Virus record (IMG/VR): IMGVR_UViG_3300021426_000064
Span: 1 to 64,000 of that record
DNA: 64,000 nucleotides
Direction: 5' to 3' (one strand)
Source of the DNA: a virus
Lineage: Duplodnaviria; Caudoviricetes
Shown here: positions 49,519 through 60,000 of the stretch, piece by piece
Layout of the letters: every line of letters starts with the position of its first letter
Numbering within the stretch: position 1 is the first letter of the stretch
Notes under the pieces: generated by a model
Told to the model about the DNA's origin: nothing
The model's database searches: none
What the model saw: the letters and a program-made list of their open reading frames with translations, nothing else
Program-made: the position numbers and the translations under genes

Positions 49519-50334
49519 ATGGCACTCAAATTAAATTATATGGAAGAACAGAAGACCGAGCCGGTTGTTATTAATTATCCAACCCCGGTATATACGCTGA
49601 ATAAAAAGAAAGAACTCCAGACTGCATTTGAAATCTCCAAGCTGCTTGATAAATTTTTACAACGATTAAGAGATGCGGCAAAATCCCTCATCAAGAAAAT
49701 ACATGTATCCGAGATTGACCGATGGAAGGCAAGAGTTCCAGGGATTGATTGGGACGCAAAGCCAACTCCAATTACATCAGATTTGAATGTTGACAATACT
49801 CCTCTGCCGCTTTTCAATGAAAAACATTGCACATCAGAATACACAAAAACTTACACAACATTTAGCGGAAAGGATACTATCGTGTCCTTTAATGGTAAAA
49901 TTATGGGAGATCTCCAATCTTTTGAATACGAAGTGGATGGCGAAATGAAAGGTGAAGTCAAGCTGACCTGCTCCCAATTCGAAAAACATTGCCTACAGGC
50001 AGATGATACATTAGCCGTTGTAACGATGGTTAACGAGTATGGCAGTGGGGCGTTCCAGGTATTCAGACTGAATAAGTTGAAGAAATACTACACTTGGGCT
50101 TCCATGGATGCTATTCTTTCAAATGAACAGGCAATCTACGACTGCGAGCTCCTGATTCCGCAATCCCCAATACCGGACACTGTAAGACTCATGCCTGAGG
50201 AAACGTTTAATGACATGGTAAAGAAGGTGTACGCCGGGTGCGCCCAAAAGAACTATCTGCCAGATACACAGAAGATTGCCGGGCACATCGCTAACCGCAT
50301 GTACTTTTACTATCTGTATAAAAACTTCTGCTAA
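49519..50334 (+). CDS. Protein with a degenerate tail-tube-like domain
   Basis: YTKTYTTFSGKDTIVSFNGKIMGDLQSFEY and MVNEYG match the tube motifs. Confidence 0.6.
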   Translation: MALKLNYMEEQKTEPVVINYPTPVYTLNKKKELQTAFEISKLLDKFLQRLRDAAKSLIKKIHVSEIDRWKARVPGIDWDAKPTPITSDLNVDNTPLPLFNEKHCTSEYTKTYTTFSGKDTIVSFNGKIMGDLQSFEYEVDGEMKGEVKLTCSQFEKHCLQADDTLAVVTMVNEYGSGAFQVFRLNKLKKYYTWASMDAILSNEQAIYDCELLIPQSPIPDTVRLMPEETFNDMVKKVYAGCAQKNYLPDTQKIAGHIANRMYFYYLYKNFC

Positions 50335-50740
50335 TTGACACTCCCCATACGTAAACGCAGGGGATTCTTAATTCAACGACCGTGGCGAGTTGGCCTAAGT
50401 CAACTCGTCTTACACAATCTCCAAAAGCGTAGATTCCCGTGTGTCCCACGGTATTTGTGTATGCGAATGCTTGTTATCTTTACAGCGGTGAGGTCTTTAA
50501 ATCACCGCAGGTTGATACACGCAACCTCAACCTGCTAAGAACTGGTTGCCCGTAGGCCTTGGTTTTCGATTCGTCCAGTTTCTATTGTGGCAGGGCTTCT
50601 CCTTTCTTTCGTATTCTTTAGGTTAAATCTATTATACTACAAAAGTTAGCAGTTGTCTGCCTTCAATTGCTTACGCAAATTCGGCAGACCCGCCTTATAT
50701 CCCAATAGCTAAGCTAGGGGTTTTACGGCGGATTAAAATA
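50335..50740 (-). mobile_element. Non-autonomous IS605-type miniature element retaining a TnpB omegaRNA-like right end
   Basis: Minus strand. Left end AATCCGCCGTAAAACCCCTAGCTTAGCTATTGGGATATAAGGCGG. Right end TACCGTGGGACACACGGGAATC...GAATCCCCTGCGTTTACGTATGGGGAGTGTCAA. No tnpA or tnpB ORF. Confidence 0.75.
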
Positions 50741-50774
50741 ATAAAGACACCGAGTTTTATGCTCGGTGTTTTTA

Positions 50775-52085
50775 TTATTTTAATCCGCCAGGTAAATCGC
50801 CATGCTTTTCCTGCCACTCTCTAAGAAAGTCATTATTTTCAGGTGTCTGTATTGTAGAATCATCCACATGGTTGCGAATAGATTCTGATATTTTAAGCGG
50901 CTCAAAGATAAGATCGTAATTAGAAGCCGCATCTATGACGTCATCTCTGTATTGTGGGGCGCGAAGCACAATCCTGGTTGCCAGCGTTTTGAACGGCTCA
51001 TCAGATAGATTGCTTTTAAGCATTGTTCTAAGGTATCCGCCTGAATTGATAGAATCTGGCGGGGTTCCTTTTTCTTGAAGTTTGCCTAAATTAATGCAGG
51101 TCTCGAGAATGGCGCGCCAGACTTTAGCCGGCTGTGACTGATACTTTGCTATCGATGTTTTACCAAACCCCAAGGACTCCATCTTTGAAGATAGGTAGTC
51201 CCAAGAAGGAACACCGTATTCATCAAAAATAGCATAAACATGATGAGCTGGCAGCAAGGGTGTCGGCGCCGCATTTAATGCAACGACAAAGATGAATTCG
51301 GTAAGTCGCTGGCCGGGGACATTTGTCGTAATCTCATCCTCGTTCAAAATACGGAACTGAGATTTTGGCGAGGAGTTGATATCCTCAATAGCTTTTTGTA
51401 TGACATTGCGCTTATAGTCATTAGGGCTGGCCAGCTTAAATTTCCCTGTCTTGGGATTAACAGGGGTAGGGACACGCAAGCGAAGCTCTTTGTAAGATAC
51501 CGTTATTCTGTATGGATACGGAGATTCATTAATCTTTTCCTCTGCAACCCTTGCAGAGAGCCATTCATAAAATGGATAGGTGTAAGCGCTGGAGCTTTGT
51601 TCATGAAATTCATAATCCATTTGAAAAGCAGGGTTACACAACACATTCTCTATATAAAAATCCTGATACTCTTTATTTATTGTAATGCGGACAAGTCCTT
51701 TGCTCTGATTTTGCTTAACCGAAGAAAGTATCCAGTACGTAGCTTTTTTAAATCCCTGATTTCTTTCGGTGTTATGTTTGAAATGAACTGTAACATTGAG
51801 GGGGACTTTTGTCAGGTCGTCAAAGACCTTTTCGAAAGATTGGTAAAGAGAGTGCCAGCTTTTCACATTTTTGGCTACAGCTAGTTTGCGGAAATCTATA
51901 TCAAAGGTGATGGGGACGGTTATATCTCCGCCATTTTCTACATAGTCTTGGATGCCCTTACGAATAGCAACAATGAAGTCAGACTCATGTTTTGTTGTGG
52001 CGCGATTCGGGCTGCCTGCTGCGAGTTCTAGGCTAGAGAAAAGTGAAGTCTGCTCAAAATGCTTTTCCAAAGATAACGCCTCCAA
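50775..52085 (-). CDS. Plasmid replication initiator, Rep_3/RepB-like
   Basis: SSAYTYPFYEWL...VSYKELR...DYKRNVIQKAIEDIN pattern, adjacent to an iteron array. Confidence 0.75.
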   Translation of the reverse strand: MEALSLEKHFEQTSLFSSLELAAGSPNRATTKHESDFIVAIRKGIQDYVENGGDITVPITFDIDFRKLAVAKNVKSWHSLYQSFEKVFDDLTKVPLNVTVHFKHNTERNQGFKKATYWILSSVKQNQSKGLVRITINKEYQDFYIENVLCNPAFQMDYEFHEQSSSAYTYPFYEWLSARVAEEKINESPYPYRITVSYKELRLRVPTPVNPKTGKFKLASPNDYKRNVIQKAIEDINSSPKSQFRILNEDEITTNVPGQRLTEFIFVVALNAAPTPLLPAHHVYAIFDEYGVPSWDYLSSKMESLGFGKTSIAKYQSQPAKVWRAILETCINLGKLQEKGTPPDSINSGGYLRTMLKSNLSDEPFKTLATRIVLRAPQYRDDVIDAASNYDLIFEPLKISESIRNHVDDSTIQTPENNDFLREWQEKHGDLPGGLK

Positions 52086-52147
52086 TCAATAACTTCATTT
52101 ACAAAAAACATATTAGCACGGGCAAATAATAAAATCAAGAATAATTT

Positions 52148-52576
52148 TCGGAGGTTTTATAAAGATAATAATAAAAGAAATAAGAAAAACATATAAGGCA
52201 TGGTAATTTGCGCTGAACCCGCATAGAATAAGGGGAAACCTCCGAGTTTTTTATAAACCTCCGAGTTATAAATAGACTACATCCGAGGAAAAAATCAGCA
52301 ACCTCCGAGTTTTATATAACGACCTGCGAGTTTTTCATAAACCACCTGCGAGTTTTTCATAAAAATATACACAACCCTGTGGATAACTGTGTTGATAACT
52401 CACATAGAGTTGTGGATAAGTGTGCCGGATTGCCCATGCGTATAGGGGATGTGGCAATTTTAATGTAAAACTCGGAGGCTGAAGGAAAACGTTATAAATA
52501 ACTCGGAGGCCGGATTATGTTATGTAAAACTCGGAAGTCGTTTTTTGTGTAACGCATTTTATGTAAAACTCGGAAG
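52148..52576. repeat. Iteron origin of replication with DnaA boxes
   Basis: ACCT(C/G)CGAGTT-type repeats at about 52236, 52255, 52279, 52300, 52322 and 52344. TGTGGATAA at 52378 and 52411, TGTTGATAA at 52390. Inverted AACTCGGA(G/A)G copies at about 52463, 52500, 52522 and 52561. Confidence 0.85.
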
Positions 52577-52653
52577 TTGGTGTTGGATTATCTTGTTAAC
52601 AACAGTAATGTACGAACTAGCAAATAAGAACATATAGTTTTGTGGAGGAAATA

Positions 52654-53103
52654 ATGAGTAAAGAAAAAGATACCAATATTGACGAGCAGGCTGAAATTGC
52701 AGCTCTTGAAGCAGAAGCGCTGAAGGAAGAGCAGCCGTCAGAATCTGAGCAGGTAGCAGATGAATTGCCGGTGATCCCTGGTACAACAGTAACGGCAGCT
52801 GAACTTGATAAATTTAAACAGGAGTACAAAAAAGTGTTCCTGACGGATTATATGGGTAAGCGTTATCTGTGGCATCGTCTCAACCGTAAGAAGTTTGGCG
52901 AAATTTGCGATGCCACAGAAGATATTAAGGATGATGACGAGCTCCTGTCCGCCCGCGAAAAAGAATTCGTAAAAGCATGCGTTCTGTATCCTGGCGCAGA
53001 AGAGGTTGCAGAAGACGTTGAGGACGAGATGATTTCTTCCCGTATCTCCAGAGAAATCCTTTTCAAATCCGGTTTCTATCAGCCGACCACGGTAGAGCTG
53101 TAA
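52654..53103 (+). CDS. Probable tail assembly chaperone
   Basis: Acidic protein with LNRKKF...CVLYP, located before the giant tail protein. Confidence 0.6.
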   Translation: MSKEKDTNIDEQAEIAALEAEALKEEQPSESEQVADELPVIPGTTVTAAELDKFKQEYKKVFLTDYMGKRYLWHRLNRKKFGEICDATEDIKDDDELLSAREKEFVKACVLYPGAEEVAEDVEDEMISSRISREILFKSGFYQPTTVEL

Positions 53104-53110
53104 TCGCGAG

Positions 53111-54094
53111 GTGATTCCCATGAAGATGAAAACGGGTGGGATGGCAAAACAACAGCCTCACGAGGTAGACCTGAAGGAACTGTACGAACAGTATTTGGAT
53201 AAATACGGTCAGGCCTTCATGCATGATTTTGGCGAGAATGGCGTTTTCATATTCAAAAGTCTTGGACGAAAAGATTTTCGGGAATTACGCGATTCAGACG
53301 CTATTAATGATTATGCCAAGGAAGAGATCATCTGCGAGCAGTGCGTTCTTTATCCTAAAGGGTTTGACTTTGAGAATTGCGATGAAGCTGGTCTTCCCAC
53401 GCAGCTTGCCAATTTAATTTTAGAAAAATCCCTGTTGAAGAGCAGCGACCAGCTTGCGAAAGCTATTCACTATTTTCGCGACAGATTATGGGATACGACA
53501 GATGAACAGCTGACGTGTATAATTCACGAGGCGTTTCCGGAATACACAATCGAAGAGATTGCGAACTGGGATGTCATGAAAACCGCGGAATATATGACAA
53601 AAGCCGAATATATCCTGCATAAGCTTCGCGGCATCCCATTGACAGATACGCAGGGCAATGAAGTAGAGTACGTTCCGCCCAGTGTACGTCAAGAGGTGCA
53701 GCAGCCACCACAGAATAACATGCCTACACAGACAATGGAAGAACGCTTTGCGAAAGTTGATAATGTGCCTGCACCAAAAATGGATCGCAACGAAGTGCTT
53801 AGACCCAAAAAGCAGCCACAACAACCAACCCCGGTCCAAAGCGGTAAGGATAAGCAAGCGAGACTTGCACAGCTCAGGCATTTGCAGCAGGTGGCTCCTA
53901 TCGACCCGAACACAGGAATGGCTATCGACTGGGCAAATGATTCTGTTATGCAAAAAGGTTTTGATGCTTTGCGCAACCAGAGTTTTGATGATAGGCCGAT
54001 CGCGGAAATCCCAATCGATGATTCGGAAGAAGGCATGAATGCAATTCCTGAAGCACTTAGAAGTAGATTCAAAGTTATCAAGCAAGAGGACTAA
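53111..54094 (+). CDS. Probable tail assembly chaperone, paralog of the preceding gene
   Basis: LGRKDF...CVLYP is shared with ORF 52654. Confidence 0.6.
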   Translation: MIPMKMKTGGMAKQQPHEVDLKELYEQYLDKYGQAFMHDFGENGVFIFKSLGRKDFRELRDSDAINDYAKEEIICEQCVLYPKGFDFENCDEAGLPTQLANLILEKSLLKSSDQLAKAIHYFRDRLWDTTDEQLTCIIHEAFPEYTIEEIANWDVMKTAEYMTKAEYILHKLRGIPLTDTQGNEVEYVPPSVRQEVQQPPQNNMPTQTMEERFAKVDNVPAPKMDRNEVLRPKKQPQQPTPVQSGKDKQARLAQLRHLQQVAPIDPNTGMAIDWANDSVMQKGFDALRNQSFDDRPIAEIPIDDSEEGMNAIPEALRSRFKVIKQED

Positions 54095-54097
54095 CGA

Positions 54098-57000
54098 ATG
54101 GCTGAAGACAAGCTTTATGAAGAAGCAAATGAAGACCTCAGTGATACACTCATAGATTTTGGCACAGATATAGCCGCCGCAGGTGTAGCGGCGGTTTCTT
54201 TTTATCGTGCTGGCGGAGTGAGAGCACTGTCAAAAAAACTCTCGGATTATAGCCACTCCGGATTAAAAAGAGCTGTTGATGATTTTCGAGCGCTTGACTA
54301 CGATCATATTAATTATCGGACGCTAAAAAAATCATACGAACAGATTCGTAATGGGATGAGAAATTTTAAAGCTCAACCTCATGACAATCGCATTCGCTGG
54401 GAGGCAAGGCCAGGCACGCCCATAGAGCTGATCATGGAAGCTGCAAAGCTTCGAGAGTCATCACCTGTAATACAGGAAAATGCCAGATGGCAAAGAGAAG
54501 TTGTAAGGCGCATACAGAAAACCGCATACAAGAATCTGAGCGCTGCGCTGGGCGCTGCAAAGATAAAAAACAGGGACACGATAAAATTAGCGCAGGCTCA
54601 AATGGCAAAGCTCGTTGCCCATGTGGCCAGCGAAGCAAGAAAAGGACATGTAGATTTTGATACAGCAAGGCTTCAGAAAAACTTTAAGGTAACTGGCGCG
54701 GGCGGAGATTTTTATCAAAAAGTTATTGACACTGCAAAATCGCAGGCTGAAAAATTCTCCCTTAATGCAGCAAAACATAAAGGGAGAACTATTGAAAACC
54801 AGATAGCCGACAGGCTTGAAGCAGTAGAAACGCTTGAACGGGCAGCCGGAGGCAGATACTCTGGAAATACCCTTCGCGATAAAGCATTTGGCGATGGGCT
54901 GGTAACAATCCGCGACACACTCAGTCATGCAGATAGGTTCAATGACACTGACGGCACCTTATTTATAGGTAGTGACCATTCCGTAAAAGAAAGGTCTTTT
55001 CTAAAGGCGTTACAAGAACTCCATGAAAGAGTAAAAGCTAAAAACGATAAAGAAATGCTTGAACGCTTTGAAAATATCGTTATAGACCCGCATCTACGTA
55101 AAACCACTGATGGGGAAATATATTCTCTTGACCCGCTGTATAAAGCAAGATACAAGGTTCTCAAAAGTCTGGCTTACACTATGCCGGGGAAAATTCTGAA
55201 GCTTGCAGATATGATGATGTCTGAGACTACGCCGGCGTTTTATCAGTTCAAAAAGGGTACGCTTAATCCGGTGCTCGCGGCTTTTGAAGAAGGCAACACG
55301 ACCAAGCGCATCATGAGTGACTACTTCTACATGGCCGGAAAAGTATTCCGGTATGATGAAGAAAGCAACAAGTTGCTGGATGAATCCGTAAAAGAATTAG
55401 ATGGAGGCACACTCTTTTCCACTAGATTTGCAGGCATGGCAAACCTGTATAAAGACATCAATGGCCTTAATGCTCAGCGCGTAAGACAAGACGGGTCAAT
55501 AAGCAAGATTCTTGACCTTAATGCTGCACCAGGAATGAATCCGTGGGATTATCTGGCTGGATATTTTAGCGGAGAACGGGATAAAAAATATCTACCCAAC
55601 GTCATTAAAGATATCAAGAGTGGGAATCTTTTTTCAACATCTGACGATATTGATGATGTGTACGAAAGATTGTCCAGCTTAAACATCTTTTTAAATAAGA
55701 GCACAAGAGGCTTGACGCTGCCTATGCTCAGTGCTCTTGAAAATGTGGCGAGAGAAACCGCTGCTCAGGACGGTAGAGACGCCCTTGAAATTATCAGCCT
55801 CCTAAGACTAAATAATGGAGAACAAATTCTTGACGGCGTAAAAGCCATGGTTGGAGCTCATGGCGGTACAGATGGCGCGTTTTTGAATAACCGTCTTAAT
55901 CGTCTGGTAAGCAAATTTGCACGAAACGAATCCGCAACAAAGGGATCTGTCGAACTTTTAGAAGACATTTCTGGTGCTTGGACTGATGATATTTCCGCTG
56001 CCGGTGGCTTAGATTTTTATGGGCAGCTACAGAGAGAGCTGTCTAAAGAAGCGTTAATGCGTATGGCAGAAAACTCTCGTGACGAGGCAGGCGGTCTATA
56101 TAATGCGATAAAAGGTGTTATTGAAAAAAGCAGCATGTCTCACGCTGACGAGGAAGCCGCAAAAAGACTGGCCTATACGTCAATCTTGGATAATGAAACC
56201 ATGAATGCGTTTACCGGCTTCGGAAAATATCAGCGTAGCGAGTATGATGTTGTCGATCCGATAACCAACCAGTCCTTACTGGAGAGCCTTATTGCAAAAT
56301 ATACCACTGTTGCGGGCGGAAAAACTACGCGGGCAGGCGAACAAGATGCGTCCAGGGTTATCCAGGATATGGTTAATGATGGCCATGAATGGCAGATGCT
56401 GCATGCTAATGGACGCAACCATGAGAGTGATATACCCGAGCAGTACATTGAATCCGACTATGCAATACTCCGCAAAAGCTCCGGGCCTTTGGAAATTCTA
56501 AAAGCCATAAATCAATCCATAACGGATAGTTCGTTAGATGCACTCAAAGATGAAGGAATGAACTTCATTAATCAGCTCAAGGCTGGCGGACATGATGCTG
56601 GGAATCTATCCAGAATGACGATGGTTCCGTATTTCTTCTTGCGGCGCTTAGGTGGAGACGATCTGCCTCCTTTCTTACAGTTTTCAAACGAGGCTCTTGA
56701 TAGCACATGGGGGTTAACAAAAGCAATAGCCAAAAGAATCGCTCCTGTGGCTATCGGAGAAACTTATCTTGAGTGGGGCGACGATACTGTAGGTGCAGTT
56801 ACCGGTGTCAGACCAAGTGCGGGATTCGTAAACACTCTGGATTACATGGATATTGGCGCGAGGACTATGCTGGATATGACCGGGATAGGTGGCTTTCTTG
56901 AAAGCGAATCTTACGTCAATCCTATCATGCAATATTGGGGTGGCCGGGATGGCTATTATGATGCCGATGAAGAACGTGATTTTATTGCCAATGGATATGA

Positions 57001-60000
57001 AGCGGTAAGGCGCGGGCGTTATTGGTCATTTGGTTCGGTAAATGAGTTCCGTGGTTCGACAGTCGAGTATTATCAGCCAACACTTACCAGACGACTTAAT
57101 AGCGACTACTACAACAAATCATTGTATAGTGGTTATTGGGATAAATGGGGGCATTCTCTGTTACCTACACCAACAGCACCATTTTCCCCGCTCGTTTATT
57201 TAATGGACCCGTACTATCTTGAGGAAGAGCATAAGGAAGATCGCCCATATACGGTTTCCGGCACAATGTTTGATAAAGAAACTCCTTGGGGTATCATCCT
57301 TAATCCTACAATCGGTGAACTTGTGAAACCGGTTGTTAAGATGAACCAGGACAGGTTGACGGATGACGGGCAGGATGTAAAAGCCATTATCTATGGTATA
57401 AATCAGCATATCCGTGATACTGCTCAGGGTGACCACGCATACGCCATGGTATTCGACCGCGAACAGATTACCGCCGGCGAATATACTTCATATGCATCCC
57501 CCTCACTTGGCCAGTATAATATCCGTATTGGTAAGGATCGTGGGGAGCAGATGCGTCAGGAGCAGCTTGATGCTCTTGGCGGGCCGATGGAACCAGAGCG
57601 TCGCGAAACTCTTTATGAGGGCGGCGGTTCTGGTGATGGCTCTGGTGGCGGCGGATTTGGATTCGGCGGTTCTGGCGGCGGAGGTTCTTTTGGCGGGCAA
57701 TACCCGCTTGACCTTTTGGGACAGACAAATCGAAAAATATACGTAGCTGCCGCCCGCAATGAAAACAAAGGCGGCATGATCACCACCGACTATATTCGCC
57801 ATAGTAAAGTAGATGAAATCCTCGGCAACGAAGATATGGGTGACCTGATTAACGCCGGAGCTGGTGGCGATCTTGTTCACGAGACAGCTCAGTCGCTAAG
57901 ATTAATTGGCGGTATCTATGGTTATGGCGCAAACAGAGCGTTTGGATTCGGCGAGCGTGATGGAAAGCAAATTGCAGATGCCGGAGACATTGATTCTTTT
58001 AGTCGTTCATTCTGGGATGAATCCGTTGGTGGTATTGGCGGCGGCGTAGCAGAAATTGGGCGTCGTTTTATCCCGGAATACAGGCGAAACATTCGTGTCA
58101 ATCCGCTCTTAAATACGATGCCAGATTGGCTTCCGGAGAAGCTAAGATTCGGGGACCCGTATACGCAATTGCCTAAAGGAGAGGCTCGTCTTCCTGGCAA
58201 GGGGTACGAGGCGTTAAATGAATTGCACCCGGACTCCTATGGAATTTATGGCAGCTACGACCGTTATAAGATTTTGGCTGACGTTGCTCCAAACTCAACA
58301 GAGTTTAAGGTCTGGAAAAAGATTGCGAACGCTACAGTTACCGACCCTGCTTTAAAAAAGGACATGGAAAAAATCCAAGAGCGCGTGAATGAGCAAAACA
58401 AACAGCACGATTTTTACGACTATCGGATTCTCGGTAAAGACGTGGATTATCAGGACGCTATTATCCAAGAGGTCAACAAGGATGGTTCATTCCGCATTCG
58501 TGGGTCGAATAGATTATTAACTCTTGCAGGCATTGAGTTTGATAAAACGACCGCGATGAGTGGGGCTGGTAATCAGATTATGGCCGAGTATTTACATCCC
58601 GGCCAGAGTGTAACCATCGCAACAGATTCGAATGAGTATAACAGAGACAATCCTGACGGTACAAATAATGGGGAAGGCACTGTAAATGCAGCGGTATTTG
58701 TTGATGGTGAAAGTGTCAGTGAGCTTTTACTTAATGAGCACAAGGACGTAATCAAAAAGAAAAAAGACCATCTTAATGCTGCGGACGTATATGCCCTAAC
58801 AAGTACATTTGACCGCGTGCTTGGCGGTGCTGCAGAGATTGTTGCTCATGCCGATCTGCCGTTAATCCATGATCGGTGGTTGCGTGTAAGAAGTCCGCTT
58901 GAATCGTATAATGCAGAACAAGTATACGGCACGCCATACCAAACATGGTCAGATGTGTGGGGAACGTATATCCAACCGGCTATGGAGAGGGCAGTGTCGG
59001 ATCATTGGGGTGTAATCCGTGGTGCCGCAGAATGGTTCGCTCTAAATAACTTGCAGGCCAGAGAAGGTATTGGTAAAACAAAGAAAATGCTACTATCTGG
59101 AGCGGCCGCGCTAATGGATAGAGGGGCGTTTATTGGCAGTAGTATTGCTACATTCTTCCGTCCTGGTGATGGCGAATTGTTCCAGAAAGGCGGTAAGATA
59201 GGCTTAGGGTTGTCGCTCCTTGGCAATCTGTATACCAGCGCACAGTCAAGTCCAACAGAGGCAGCCGCGAGCTATGCCACGGTTGGCTGGATGGCTGCAG
59301 ATGTGCTGGATACAGAAAAAGAAAAATTCACCAAAGCGCTTAGCGGTTCTATAGAGAAGTTTTTCCGAAATGAAGAATCGTGGAAGTTTAGAACAAAAGG
59401 TGCGTTTATCGGCGCGGCTGCTGGCGTGGCCATGTCTGGCTTATTTGGCCCATCAATTGAAAGTGGAGAGCGTGCCCATTGGACTCCGGACAGGATAAAA
59501 CAAAAGTGGGAACTTGAAGATTACTTTGACCGCCTGACATATATAAAATATACGGGGCTCTATAACCGCGCAGCAGAACTTGCCAAGAGCGAAGAAGGCA
59601 CGGACGTAAAGAAGATTTTCGATGACTATGAAGAATGGAGCGATTGGCGCCGCGAAATTATGCAGGACTCGGATGTAAACAACACCGAGTTCACACATCT
59701 AGCCAAGAAGAGAATCCAGCGAGCGTTAGATGGTCTTCATGATGAAATCTTCGGCAGTAATGATGAGAATAACCATCGTTTTGAATATAGCAATGGCTTT
59801 TCGATAAACGATCTGCCTGGTGTCCGTAATGGTGTATTCCATTCTGAAGAAGTATCCGAGGAAGAACGGCTTTATACACTGAATGCTTTGGTAACGATGG
59901 GAGTCCGATACAATAAACCGGGCACGTCGCGCACTCAGGAAGATCGTGACATGAGCCAGCTCAGAGAATTTGAGCGCGTGTATGGAACTAAAATTCCGGA

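Noticed and set aside
50335-50538. 67-aa ORF in the miniature IS, and an IStron interpretation
   Set aside because: The ORF is an antisense read of the right end. No group I P7 core was recognised in the element.
52236-52576. Possible CRISPR array
   Set aside because: Repeats are short, occur in both orientations, lack unique 30-40 bp spacers, and flank DnaA boxes next to rep. They are iterons.
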